From contig NMRA01000087.1 in the NCBI GenBank assembly GCA_002633005.1, positions 310,001 through 374,000 of the forward strand: a stretch of 64,000 nucleotides of DNA, given 5' to 3'. Both the position numbers and the translations under genes were made by a program. Source of the stretch: Phoronis australis. Its lineage: Eukaryota > Animalia > Phoronida. Positions 25,601-40,600 of the stretch are shown one piece after another; positions within the stretch are counted from its first letter, which is position 1; the number at the start of each line of letters is the position of its first letter. The notes under the pieces are model-generated. The model made no database searches. It saw nothing but the letters and a program-made list of their open reading frames with translations, and was not told the origin of the DNA.

Positions 25601-28600
25601 TAAAAGGTTTTTGAGATTTCACTTTGATCATTAATAGAAAACGCAAGTTTGGTCATTGTATGGATACTGTTGTTTTACCATCAGTGTGCCTCTAACTTGC
25701 TAAATTTTGCAAAAAACATGGTCACAAAAAATGAGGGCTATATCCACCATCCCGCTGTGGTGCGCTGCCCATGTTAACTAATCAAATTCTATTGGCTCTA
25801 TACTTTCAGAAAATATATAATTATATAAAGGAAAACATGGCTGTACTTCAGGAGCAAGTTTTTGGATATATGCAAAATTTGTTGAATACATGACACTTGT
25901 TGTTATTAACAATCTTTATTCCGTTCTGTTCGTTTCCTCGGAACAAAGTTCGACACTCAACAGAACATGTCTTTTGGTCAGTTCCTTTACCAATATTGAC
26001 TGTTGAGTGTCAAACTTTGTTCCGAGGACACGAACAAAACAGAATAAAGATTGTTAATGACAACAAGTGCCGTGTATTAAAAAAATTTTACATAAGGAAA
26101 GTCTATAACTTTGGAGAGATTTGACTTGATATTTTACACAGACTTGTGGATAGGATCCTACAAGTCTCGTTTGTGTAACCCTGAATACTATGCACATGTA
26201 GAACTGATAACAGTCTTTATCTGGGCCTGAGCTATGGAACAATCAATCTTCAAAGAAAATATATTGAAAAATGTACTTTTAATCTTGTATAATTGTTAAC
26301 TACATGAATTAATGTTGCTTTGTTTGTCAATACCTTTTTGCACCTTGGACATATCCTGAACTTGAAGCTTTTACATCCTGAAAGTTAGTCGAATTCAAGA
26401 CGAAACTTTTAGTAGAAAAAACTTAGGTACAAAATTCAAGTCAAACTTAAGATCACTATCTTGGAATGGAATTAAGATAAATTTCAAGTTTTATCTTAAA
26501 CTTGAATTAAATTTTAAGATTTTTTTTGAGCTAAAGTCAGTTTTCTTGGAACAGGCCCCTGTTTTTAAGATAGCCAATGTTGCTAACTCCTGTTACAGCT
26601 CTTTGTCAAATTGTATGGGATCCTGAGTTTGGTTTTGTATTCCACACAACTAATCAGTACTAGATAATTAAATGTCACTTGAACAAAAGTGATACGGTCT
26701 CTGAGCCTACACACACAATTGCTTGTTACCTACCGTAAGTAATTTCTATAAATTTGGAAATGTGTGAGCACTCGTAGCATTGTTACGAATTTGAAAATGT
26801 ACGAGCCTGCACAACAATGTTAAGCCATAATTGAACAAAAAATGAAAATGGTAAATTTGGTAAAAGTACTAATAATTGGTACACAAATTTGGTGTGTGTC
26901 TGTGTCATGGCATTACTAAAGTTTCTGTATTCATATTTCACATCCATTTTCAAATCAGGTGATGACTGCCAGTATTAGCCAGAGTTGACGCTTTAGATTT
27001 CAGTTTTCATTCTTGTAATAAGAATCCCTGGTTAATTTATGTATACTAGATGTATCAATAGTGAGTCAGTGGTTGCATTTCTCAATGAAAGTGAATGTGG
27101 AAACGTGATGCAGAAAAGTGATTTGGGGTATACTCAATGAAAATGAACGTCGGACCATGGTGCTGGAAATTGTTCCTTTCTGTCACTTATGACCCTTTGC
27201 TGTTGGGGCTTGACCTTCAGACGGGTGCATTGGACATTAAAACTGATATGGGTCTCTAAGATAACAGGGATTTCTGATCATAGTTAGCAAAAGCAATAAC
27301 AATATTGGTTTCCCCTGTTTGACCTTTACATACTCAAAGTACATGCCGATTTTGCCACAAGGTCATGTGAACCAGACATATCCACAAAATACCACCGACT
27401 TTGTGGTGTTTACCCACAATGATTGTTTGGGTACGTGCCTACCATATACCTTTATGTCACTATTTTACTCCAAAATTAGGTATAACTTCCTCAATGTCAA
27501 TGACTCACTGTCTCACAATGAGTTGTCATGGAGATGAATTTGACAATTTTAGTCTGGTGTGGTGCAGTAACTGTTCTTTTCTTGTCCCACCCAGCTCAGA
27601 ACTGCATTAGCGACCTGACCTTTTTCTAACTAGGTCAATGGTACAATGCTTTTTACCTTGGAAAAACAAGAAAGTGGATCTTGACATGGGGTTTTTACTG
27701 GAGTGTTATATTTGTCACACAATGCCGTGCCTTGCAGTGGAGTTCATGTTATAGTATTGTTTTGGCTTCTAAATCATGGTTTGAGTACGTAACAAAGTGT
27801 TGGTTTTATACTGTTATCACCAACATTGGACCTCTTCACAAATTCAGGAAGTTTTTGAGTTACACGAATAAAGATCTCCATCACCAGGAAATATGTGTTA
27901 CCGGTAGCTATTTTGTTGCCTTTTTGTATACATGTATAACCACAGGCTTTCATTGAATAGTAGTTTCCATCTCCTGAAATGGATGATGATATATTTAGTG
28001 TAAAGGCTATTATGCATTGTTGAAAATAGGCCACTTGTTTCCCATTAATCTGTTTATCATTTTCCATTTTATCATGTGATTATTGAGCCAGCTTTGAAGT
28101 GTTGTCGTAAATCTGCACAATGCATGCAAAAGTGCATGCTATAAAAAGTCGGATTACTCTTTGGGTTTTACCTTTTACTGGCTGGCGGTCTAGGGTGCAA
28201 GTCTTGTATTGCAAGTGCTGTTGAATTTGTGGTTAGATCACACATTGTAGGAGTTTAACAGTTGGTTCATCATGTTACCTAAGTTTAAAAGTTTTATGTC
28301 TCAAAGAAGGAAGCTTTCTTGGACAGGGGTGGCAGCAGGTAAAGCAACTTTCACTTTGTTACTTTCAGTATTTATGTAATTCTTCCATTTCATTCAAGCT
28401 ATGACAAATAAGTGAAATGCTATGTTCAGTCAGATTTTGTAGACCAAATAAAGCTTATAATTTATTCTATTGCTGGCTTGGTCTGTATTGTCTGGATACC
28501 ATAAAAAAGCATTTGGTAAAGTTTCCATTCTTTGCTGCAAGATTATAAATCTTTCAAAAACGAACAATTTTGGTAATCATTTAATTGCACAATAAGTGAA

Positions 28601-31600
28601 GAATTCCTGTACTTTAATTTGATGAATTATATGGTAAAGCTTCTTGGATTTAGTACATTTGGTGATGGACATGTGTCAGTCTACTGTACTTTGTCCTATT
28701 TCACAGCAGGAAATTCAGCGAAAGGTAAATACTCCTGCGTGGTTCGCACCCGCACCTGCCCTTATATATGCTATACATTGAATTACAGTTTGAGCAATCA
28801 TTTTGGTTCAAAATGAAGGATTTGTATTGTAACTCTTGAGGTGTTTTAACTATTAAACGGACTGCATGAGCAAACTGACTATTGCTGTTTTTTAACTCGG
28901 ATCTTTTATTTTCAGCTGTTCATTGTTGGACTAAAGAAAACAGCTAATTTCTTGTAAATGTTTAATGCCACCTTTTGCCGAAAAAGATTTACTAATGATT
29001 TAATCTTCTTACCAATACGAAACAGTTGAAATGGGTCATGTACTTTAGTTACATTGGAAACGATAATTGAGTTTTGGCGTAAGATAGATGGCTGTTCGTT
29101 TATGTTTGAGTCGTTAATGCCCGTTGCAACAAATGATTTTTTACATCATGCTAAATTGTTGAGGCTGGTCTAAGCAGGCATTTATGTAGACGTTTCCTTA
29201 AATTTGAACAAAAATGATGGTCAAAACTGACATTTTTATTTTCAAACGCTCTCTATATTGCCAAAAATGTTTGAAATTTCATCTTATGTTTTTTGGTGAT
29301 AAGCGTACAGTTGTTTTCAAACAATCAAGTAAAATTGTTTTCTTGTTTAATCTTGTGGAAATTTTTGATAAAACTATATTTTAGTGTTCTGCCATATTGT
29401 ATTCTAATTTAAAGAAAACAAACTGTGGTCGAGACGATATGCAGGATGATGTCATGGCCCCTCATAATTTACCGCAAGGATGCATCTCCTCGGTAAATTC
29501 CTCTCTTCTGCCATGCCGAGGTTTTAATTTAAGAACACATTTCAAATTATGTTTCATTTCTATAAAAAATTGTTATCTTATTACATTTCGGTAATTCTGA
29601 TTAGCTCACAATATGGCGGCGAAACTGAAATTCTACTTTGTGTAATGACAAAAATAAAGATTAGGAAAATTTTAGTCTACAATAGTACAGCTTTACTTAA
29701 AACAACATTTGGTGAAATTTTCAGTGTTTGCAGCAGTGTGAAACGAGCTTTGAAAAATGGAAAAATTGAAAGTGGAGAATTACCATACTATTTATTTATT
29801 TTTATTTACAGTTAAATTTGAAATGAGGCTGGTCTCTTCAGTGTCAGCACTGCTTTCCAAGAGGGCTTTCAACAACATGTTATAATACAGTATGATGAAG
29901 TAGTAAAATATTAATTAAATACAGGGGACAAAGGAACAATCAAAACAAGTTGAGAATTTAGATGATGAGAAAATACATGATGGAGGATCATGAAATTAAA
30001 TAAATAGATGATACTAAATAGTGACAGTATTTACAGTAATGAAAAATGACATGATATATGATCATTTTATTCACTGGTTCTTGTTTATGCTCTGCTCATC
30101 TGTCTATTTTTCCAAAACTATACCACTTGTGATGACCAATAACAAATTTCCAAGCCTTTCCCGAACTACAACACCTTTTATGACCAATAACAAACTATCA
30201 GGCTTTTCCAAGTCCATGAACCACTTCTAATTTGAGACTTTTATTTCAGTTGGTGAGATTTAATAGAAGTCGGTTTGAGATACTGGTTTTATTTTTTTTT
30301 TGCTTTATATTTTAGGCCGTAAAAGTACAACTGATTTGGGGATTCTATTTGCCGATGATGTAGAAGGCTGGAAGACCTATTTCGAAGGCAAACTTGGTAA
30401 AACCGACTCTGTGGCGGACTCTGATTTGAGACTGAGCACTACTACCGTGAACACAAATTTATTACTGAGCCCATTGGCCAGAAATCAGATAACTAATAGC
30501 AGGTGTCTGTTATTCTTAGTGAGCCCACAGTTTATTGATGGGTTGAAGGAAAATATTTCGGCAGTTGACTGGTTGTTCATGAAACCATCTGCTACTGTAT
30601 TTTTGTTTTTGTCCACTGAAGAACACGAAGTTGGGGAACTTATGAACAATGTGGAAAAATATTCACAATTTGTGAAGTACACTGCACCGACTGATAACAC
30701 CAAAGTCACAAATGACTGGGTTAATGAAGTTGCCAACAAAGTCATTGAGATTTTTGAGGCTTCTAGCCGCGTGGTGGACAAAAAGAAAACTGCACCAAGA
30801 CCAGCAGCTCGACCAAAGCCTTCTCCGAGACCTGACCCAAGCAGACCAGTAGACGATAATCAAGTAAACAGTTTTCAAACTGCAGGTGGTGCTGAGGAGA
30901 ACTCTGCTGACATGGCAGAAGATGAGGTGGGGTTTCGATGTGTGGAACCAACGACAGTCAGTCCCATGGTAAGTACCAGCTATGCCTATTGTCATTGGTT
31001 GTCTCCCCTGCAACGAGATGTGTCACTAGGACCATTAACTATCTACAGTGTATTCACAGTAAAATGCATGATTGTTTACTATTGAAAGGAAAGTGGAATA
31101 AAGCATATGGACATATTAACGCCTACCCGTCTCCAAAATAATACTCCTGTGTTGAACATGTGGACCAATGCTCTAACACTTTGCTTAGAGACCTGTGCAG
31201 GCCACAGTGCTATATGATAGATTCGGGCTCAACTCATTCCTTGAGTTCATGCTTGACCTATAAAACGCAACGCCAGTCGTGACTAACTTATAGACCTTGT
31301 CGCAAGCACTAAGAAATCCTAAATTCTTTCCACTCCCAGAACTCACACATGTTTTGACCAAGAAATAATATGAGACGAGTTCCATAATTAATGACTACAG
31401 AAGTTTTGTAATGGCACACATGGTAAATTGGTTGTTCATTTTTTTGGTCAAATGTTCTATGCATAAGCCTATATCTGGGTATGAACATACTCTCACACAA
31501 ATGGAACTAAATACTCTCATCTGTATAGTTTATAGTAAAGATCATGTCTTTGTGAAATTTATGGATGATTCCTCATTTCAAGAATTTAGATGCAAAATAA

Positions 31601-34600
31601 TTTTGTTTGGTACTAGGATAACACCCAGTCCTTCATTTCTAGATGCCTACTATTGATGTGAAGTTAAGAATTGTGATAAATTTATTTATTAAATTTTAGT
31701 TGGTCCACTGGGGATCTGGCATGTAAATATCCCGATGCCTTACTCTGGTTTTCTTGGTTTAGTTAATTGAAATGTTAGTTATAAATATACAGGAATGTAT
31801 TTGTTTTGTATTCTTATATCCATTTAGTACTTTGTGAAAACTTCTCCCTCAGCTGCATTGCGTACCTAACATTTCACTTAAGTTCATAGTCGATTGGCAT
31901 TTGAATCTTTGAACTGATCTGCAGAGCGAATCAGTGTGCCCGTTAGAATCTCTGAAGTGGTCCTTATCATGGTTTTGAAATCTTACGCAAACATCCTCGT
32001 TTGAGAACACACTGCAACTATGCGTTGTGCTGTGTTTGCAATACCTAATGTCTGTGATAAAACTATGCGTTGTGTTGTGTTTGCAATACCTAATGTCTGT
32101 GATAAAACTTTGCATGTGGAAGTTAAATACACCTATCACTATGCATCACTTTTTGATAATTTATCACTTTGACTTGTACGTGACAGGGCATGAGAGGTCT
32201 CTGTGGTATTGCTCTGTCAACATGGCTTCACGTTCTAGCCTGTGTAACTCATTAATTAGTGACAAATGTCCCCATCTGCCTTCTCAGACGGAGGACAGTC
32301 TCGTGATCTTGAATTCTCAAAACTTTTCCTTCCTTCAGAACGACAAAATTGTGATCCTGATGAATTCTTCCAAAGTTGGCAAGAGTGAAAAATTTGCCAG
32401 CAATGCCATAAGGATTACTCTATGGTCAGAAACGAAGACATTCACTCTCCAGTTCACCAAGTATAGCTCCTTCACATTTGTGGCCACGGTACCAAAGGGT
32501 AAGTATGCTCTCCATCACAATTTTGATTGATTGTCACATCCGTTAAGACAATGCAGTGCTTTAAATGCATCATCTCATTCTGTAAAATATTGAGTCTGAC
32601 AACTGGCACAATCTTCAGTCTAGTGCCCACTGCAGTCTGACTCCGTCAATTTTATTACAGCACAACCATGATTCAGTTATTCACAAAAATAACCAAAAAC
32701 AAAGAACATGGTGGACATTCCCTGCGCGACTTACCGGTAAATGAACATTGCGATTGGCAAGATTCCCTGGTTGGCACTTAACTTAAATCCTTATTTGCTT
32801 TCAGTGCAAAGTCCCACACAGTGCTAATTAACTAGAGTAATTCAAGTTAATATATCTTTGTAGAAACAGTCTATTAACTCCACTATAGTTGTGGTTTTGT
32901 CATGACGCTCACTGCATTATAAAAAAGCAGGGCTCTAGCCAACATGTGAACCAAAACGACTGTTTTCCAAGATAGAGCTGCATGAATTTTATGTTTGCAA
33001 AATAAAAAAGGAAAATTTACATTTTAACCATGTTTTTTCTTAATTTGAATCGTCAAAAATTTTTTGAGATAATACTCTTGAGTCTTTTCTTGAATGCCTT
33101 TGGAGCTGGTGATTGTGAAGTTGTAACGTCTCAACCTTTGAGTCGCAACAAAAATTGAGACCACATCAGAGTTTCAAGAGAGGGAAATGGTTAATTTTAA
33201 CAACGATGTATTTTATACATGTTTGTTATTGTAAAAATGGGAGGTATACAAGGTTTCTACAAAGCTCTTGCAGCAAGAATTAAACTTTCATCAAAAAGAC
33301 ATAATTCAATCCATTCAGCTTTTTTCTTTTTAAACAGGCTGAACAGAAAGTTAGCTTTCTTTGTGCACACTGATCTGGATACAGTTAAATCTTGGAAATC
33401 GAAAATGAAAAGTAAGGAAATTTAAAGCGCATATTAGTCCTGTATTCGGCCTAAACACGATTCCTCAGAAATAGGTGTCAATTACTCTTTGGTCTCAAAA
33501 ATTTTCTAGTTTCGTACTTGGTTTGGTTGCTAACAATAGAATTTAAGAAATTCCACGGTGACCCAATTTTGGCAGGGTAATGTTCAACCCAAAATGGTGG
33601 CAGCATTTTTTGACATTTTGTTTTTACTTACCGACCCCTCGTGGATTAGGAATATTTTGTGTGTTTGAGCTATGGTGGAATTTCACTAATTTAGGACAGA
33701 GACAACATTTTTTGTTGTGCATGCCCACATTTTTCCAAAGATACTTTTTGATGGGATCTATAGTACTGACCTTGACCTTATAAAGTATTGATTTGATACT
33801 ACATAACATTTACGAAAAAGGAGAAAATAATTTTCACTTGTCCGCCATATTTCATCCTGAATTGGCAGTATGTATTTTATTGTACCTGGTTTTAATAGTT
33901 GGAATTTAAATTGTTGCGACTGTTACTAAGAAGGAAATGGCCCTTCTAAAATGGACTAAATCTGATGTGTTTATTTGTATGGGTATGCACATGTATGTCT
34001 GGCTTTTTATTACTTCCTGCTTCGTAATATTTGCACAGGATATGCAGTGCCTTGCGTGACCTTATGGACCATTAAAACTTAGCGTGTCAAACCCTGAATG
34101 TGTACAAGCCGGTTTCATGAATTACAATTATCTTATTTTAAGTGAAAAGAATTATTTTTTACTTATTAATGAATATTTCGTACGTGGTGGCACTTCAGTG
34201 TAGGTGCCTGAAAACTAAATTGATCTTCTTAATTTAGATTATTTGACTCTTCAATTTGAAGATTAAAACACTGGAGAAAAAATGAAATTTCCATAATGCT
34301 TGATCCGATTACCGGTAATGAGCTCTTTACCTTTCAAAAAGCCACTGTGTAACTTTTAGACACCACAAACGTCATTATATTTTCGGTGACCAAATATTCC
34401 CATTTGTTTTGAAATCAAGGACACTTCCCCAATTTTTTAGAAACTATGAGAATTGACTTGTGGTACTCATTAATGTTCACCGTAATTATTTTGAGAAACC
34501 AGACAATCAAGATGGTGGTTTAAACATGAAATTCCTTGGAATTCAGTGGAAGCGCTCCATGGTACTTAATGGGGGGATGGGGGTTCGTTAGCGTTATGTT

Positions 34601-37600
34601 TTAGTGTGACTGTCTGTTCATTAGGTAATAAATGCAATGTTCTGCGAGCTGATTACCGTTCGTATTTATAGAAAGGCTCAGAGTACCAGTCTTCAGTCTT
34701 TCTGACGAGAAAAGTAATTGAAAGAAGTGGTGAATAATTTTTGGTGGTCGTAAAGTTGACTGGGTGTGATCTGGATGGGTACTTATACAAACCTTAAACA
34801 GACGTGAATCTGTAATTGCTAAACATAGAAAATTAATTTGATCAATGTTTCTGGTGTTCTCAATTCTGACTGATTGAATAAATTTTCATTAAAATACTCT
34901 CATGTGTGTGATACTATGTGGGCTTCATTGTCACCAAGTTGATGTGATAAGAAGTGATTTTCAAAAAAGATATTAAACATTGTCATGTTTGCACTTTCCA
35001 GTTAGCGAATGCTCAGCTGTTTTTAGTTATTCAAAATCTTGACTTAGTAAATAACCTGTACCACTAGTGTTCAGGCCGTCACGTTGAAGACAATTGAAAT
35101 TGGATTCTCTCAGTCTGCTTTTCATGGGATTTTTGTTTGTATCAAATTAATGCTTTATCATTTTCACATTCTGGGTCCTAATTGATCACGCAATATCTTG
35201 AAATGAACAGCAATATTAGAGGCCTTTTCAAGAGAAGCAACACAATGTTATTTCTACGATTCATGACAACTTTCTGCTTTTCTTTTCAGACTGTCCTCCA
35301 GGCTCCTACAGACTCACATTTTATCACGAGAACGTGAAGCGAGCATCAACTAGCATTCAGGTCCTAACGAGTGCGGATGTTTTCCGTGAAACGCTGTGCA
35401 AGGCGGCAACACCGCTGCAGTTAATGGCCGATGTTCTCGGTGTCGATTCAACCGACACAAGTGCAGTGGACAAGGCTCTCTGTGACATGCTTCTTCCATC
35501 TTTGCCCGAGGAAAGTCATAAACTGAATGGCCTGTTTACCCAGTACATGAATGAGGCTGATCCAGCAATGCGTAAGTATCCCTATTTTCAGGTTGCATAG
35601 ATTCTGAACTTGAAATCTTACTACCATACTTATCTGTGCTAATACTCAAGGTATTTGAATTTAAACAGGCTATGTACTGAAAGCTTGAAAAGAGTAGAGA
35701 CTGGGGTGACTTTTTTTCAAATAAGTGACCAAACATAAAATTGATGCGATGGATAGTTGTACTGCCTGGCTATTCCAGTTTAGTCGTCGTTGAATCCATC
35801 AAAGGTGCACTGAGTTGGAACATCAGATGGTGAGGTCAATTCATAAGCCATATAGACAAGTGTAGTCGTGTATTATTAGAAAATATTGCTAAATATACAT
35901 TAGTTTCTAATTGTTCTTGAGATGTTTTACCTTTTTAAGGACTGTGCTGTAAGTAGCGCTTTTGGTTACTGTCAGTGTCACATTAACATTTTCTTCAAAA
36001 ATGATCGTTGCAAATTCAGTCAAAATGATGTTTAATAAATAAACACTTTCAGCAGCCAAATTAACAAGAGTTTGATAGGCAGTTTAAAAAACAAGCTTTT
36101 TTGAGATTAAGTGAACAGGTTAATGAACAAAACTGCATTTCCCTGTGACCAATCAGTACTCGTCATTTGAACTGCTATGGCAATAACTTGCCATGCAGTC
36201 AAAAGCTGTGAGGATAAATTCCGCTTGGGTTTTCTCGCCATTGGGTAAATTCCCGGCTATTTTGTCATGTTATGTTTAGTGTGTACATTATGTTACATAG
36301 AATGGAGTGCTTTTTCGAGTCTTGCATTTTATGATAATAGAATTAATACAATTAATATGTTTTTGGCAGAAAAAGTTAATACTGGAAGTCCAGTTTTTAT
36401 GTGGGTTTCACATTTATTATCACCAAAAGTCGCATTCCTCTCATTCTGTTTAATGTTTTCAATACAATTTCCAACTGCTTTTTGTTTGATTTGCTATTGT
36501 CCTGAGAAGTATAATCATATGTTAAACTACACATTTAACATGTGCAATGTTATTAGCCTCGATTGTTGCGCCGAGTAATTTCACAAAGCACTGTAACCAA
36601 TGCCAATAACATCACTCATATTAAAACATGTGTAACTTAACATAATCGTTCAGCATAGAAGTTTAATGCACATTTCTTTGACGTCTCTCTTTTTGTTCGC
36701 TGTGCAATAACCATGTCATCTATCCATGCAATGAACCTTGAAGGTTATTTCATAGTCACGTGACATGGTTATTGCACGGCACATCAAGTCCATTGTGGCA
36801 CAATGCCTTTTTATGCAAAACAGCAATTGTATTATTTTTGAGCATAGCCATTTTCTGCATTGTAATTTTTTTTTAGCTGTTTTAGCTGGACTCGGGTATG
36901 TACACCGTAGTTGTTGTTCCGGTGTTGTTCATTTCTGTGGTGGTTCAAGCTTATCAATATTTGTTCAGTTGCTTGCTTACTGTGGACAATACGGGCCAAA
37001 AATAGCCTGTCAAGATTCCCCCATGACTCATAATTACAACTTAAGTTGTTATGATAATGAAGTTGTGCTCCAACGTCATGATGGGGATTTCTCCCATAGC
37101 TCAATCATCATGATAGGATATCTGGGTCATTTTCAACTGGTGGCATCATGACAATCTTCTGCAAGGGTGCACTGGAAGCAATTAAATTTCCCCATTGACA
37201 AAAAGAGTAAAAATATTTAATCTAAAATTTATAAGAGTTAGAATAGTAATTAACCTGTTGATGTTATCATTTGATAGTGGGGTACACAATAAAACTTTTC
37301 TAATTGTGGACACTGAATAGTTGAATATTCATGCAAGTTGGACGTAAGCATTTGGTTTATTTGATGAAATTGCTTTCTTGGGGAAATTTCTTTTGAGTTC
37401 CATTTTATTAAAGGTTGTAAGTCCAATCTTAGCGAAGGTGATCATAACTTGGATTTTTATTTGCTCATATTTCATTAACGTGACTTGTGAAGGCAGTCGT
37501 AAATGAAAAGTTATAATTATACTTAACTTCATGTTAGTTACAACGTCGCGTTTGAAATAACGTGCATGTAGCCATCTTAAATATGACTTGACTCACTACC

Positions 37601-40600
37601 TTTAACACGGCTTCTAGTTTCCAGTAAACAAATGTTAAGATGTTCAATGACCGTCATTGTCATAGTGTGCCCTCTGTAACATCCTTGCTGGATCCTTAGT
37701 AAGCAATTCCTATTTTAGAGCAGAAAATACTTCAAAATTCCCCTTCGTAAACTAATAACATTTCACGTTTCAAATTTCAAGATTCATTATATTGATCGGA
37801 TTTCCAAAATGCATCATTGTCCTGCGTAAAGTGATCTTGTGAAAGCTCTAGTATTTTAGTATTTTGTAATTTTTTTTAGCTTAATGCCAAGTCACATTTG
37901 GTGATTTGGTAAAATTCCCAGGTTGCCAAACAAAGTCTGAGGTTGCCAAACATAAAAATACTGAAAATCTCAGGTCCAGGTCGTGATATGAAATCCCAAT
38001 CCGAGGATGCCAATCATCCTTAGATTATGTCCGACCAAAAAAAAAACAACAATCGTAGCCTAACTCTCAGTGCCTTACATATGTCTCCAAAACTCTTTCG
38101 TTCTCTAACTGATACCTCCTGCCAATAAATTGACATAGGACGCAGACGATCGGATAGTCACTGGTGGCACATACTTTAGCGACCTTGTTCAATTTTTTGC
38201 TAAACAATTTGGACTTCTGTCTATTTACTTTCTGTTGTAATTTAAGCACGTTTCACGTGTGCTGACTCCTGTGGTGACAAATGCACTGATTTTACCTGCA
38301 GGTTGGCTGCTTGCGGTTGGCTTAGGAATTTCAATGGTTCCAAGCAGGCCGGTCTATCACTATGAAATTATGTTACTCTTGGACACTAAACAAAGAACGG
38401 TGCATTGCATGATTTCGGCAAGTTGTCATCGAAGAAATAAAAAATTGTCTAAACGTTGTACTCAAGAGCAATACAGAAAATTTACAGCAGCCATGACCGC
38501 GGTACCCTCAGATCAAGTACAAACTAACGAACAATGGAATTCTTGTTGTAGTACATAAATTTTACTGTCGGACAATTTTGATTGTGCAGTGACTGTGGAA
38601 AGCTAGCACAGACTGATTGCCCAGGGTTGTTGAGTGAACTTATCGCATGTTATCTCTGCCATGACCGGTGCAAACTACACTGTGACTATTTGTGTTCTGT
38701 TCACATTCCTATGAGGAAGTACTTGGCCACTCAGGTGCTAGGGGAAGTCCCTTCTCGCTAGGGTGCCTGTAATCCCTGATTGATTGATTGTTTGTGGTGC
38801 TCTTGCAGTAAAATCTGTCCAATTCAGGGCATGATATTGAACAATTGTTTTGTGTAAAAAGTACATGAGATGAGAAAACTTTAGAAATTTTTTATACCAT
38901 AGCATAACCATCGGACAATGTTTTGAGAAATTGCAGGCACTGATAACCTTGTTAGAAGCCTTCAAAATGGAAAGAGTTAATAATAAACTTTGGCAATGAT
39001 TTTTGTGTCAAATTAGTGAGGTTTTACTATAGGTCTTGGAATGGAGGACATGGTTACCTGTTTGTAGTGTTGGTTATATTTGAGACAACAGTGACACGTA
39101 CTAGACTTAAGTCTGTAATTTCAACTAGTTTTAGAGAACAGTTAATGGGAGGGCTGAGTGTCAATTTTATTTGTCTGTGTTGATCAAAGTGAATGCAAAT
39201 CGAACATTCGGTATATTGCTGTATTTGTCTTTGCTCAGAGTTTTCTGTGGTACATGTATTTTTAATAGATTTCTGCTGCCTGGTTCACTAAGTAAACATG
39301 AATTGAGTTAAAGAAAAAGGGCGACTTAATGATACTGTCTACTCTTCAAGCAGTAGCTGTTTAATTTTGTAAAACTCGACCAGTGCTTACAGAAATCGTT
39401 TATTTTCTTTAAATTTACTACGACCACTCATTTATTTTTGTTGAGCTATCAAAAGATAAACAGCATTCCATGTTTTTACTGAAAGAACAACCACAGAATG
39501 CATTATTGAAATTTGTCAGGCTCACAATAATTTGCTAATCAGGGCAATGAAATAATGAAATGAATTTGAAAGAATTTGTCTCCACAGAAGGAAGTGTTTG
39601 ACGTGGAATCAAAATGCACATTGATGATAAGCTAAGCAACATGTATGACGAACATAGTATGGTGATAATATCTCATACACTATAGACCACTAATGGTGAC
39701 CACCTAGGACATGCGTCACATATCTGAAAGGTGACAAGAAAACGAATACGGTAAAATCTCACCACTTTAAGATGTAATACGACTGACAAGTGAAATATTT
39801 TATTATCTCAGTTTTCGAGGATATGTAGCACGAATTAAAATGCTTTCTCTTGTTTAAGTTCTCAGCAATAACTAACACTAGACAATATTTTGAAAAAATG
39901 TGAATCTTCAGAACATTGTTAGAAGTCCTTGAAAAATAAGAAAAGTTCAATTTCAGAAATTGGTTTGTCCAAAGTTAGTGAGATTAAATATTATAGTAAA
40001 CATACTGTAAACTCTCAGGTTTAATGCCCATACAGGGTAATCACCCACCCCCGACTTTTGCCAAATTTCGACGAAAGCCCCACTGTTCGAGTTAAGTCGC
40101 CCATCCCCCACATTGCACAAATTTCTGCATCCAGTGCTGGGGGGTAATCGCCCACCCCCTCTGTTTTAGGGTTTCCCACTTTAAGGGGTTAGTTCATGAT
40201 TCGCCCAGTTTGAATTGACAAAGAAGAGCATTTGCCTTAGGCAGACCTGTTCAAGTTATTCACTGCAGAGGATGTTCATTCACTGGTGAATAATAGTGCC
40301 TCTGATGATAATTTAACTGTCTCCATTTCCTTGTTCCTCTTTCATTTGGGAAATCATTTCCTCCTATGTGCTTTTATCTGATTTTATCTTTTACTGATTT
40401 GTTGGACCAGACAGAAAAATCTTCCTTGCAAATTTCATATTGTAATGAAAAACAATTTAAACTTCCAAAAATAAATCCATTTATACGTTATTTGGATTGA
40501 AGGTAATTATTTGCCTGTGAAGATAATTCTGTTTGCATGCTTTGCAAACCGTAAACCTTTATATGAATTTCGCATTTACATTGACTTGTAAATCTACCAA

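Noticed and set aside
23570-26002. Real tandem segmental duplication
   Set aside because: A single N at the exact junction and allele-level divergence favour an assembly artefact
36267-38965. Several 60-128-aa ORFs in BCAP intron 4
   Set aside because: Composition typical of random AT-rich DNA, no domains, and exons 4 and 5 join in phase without them
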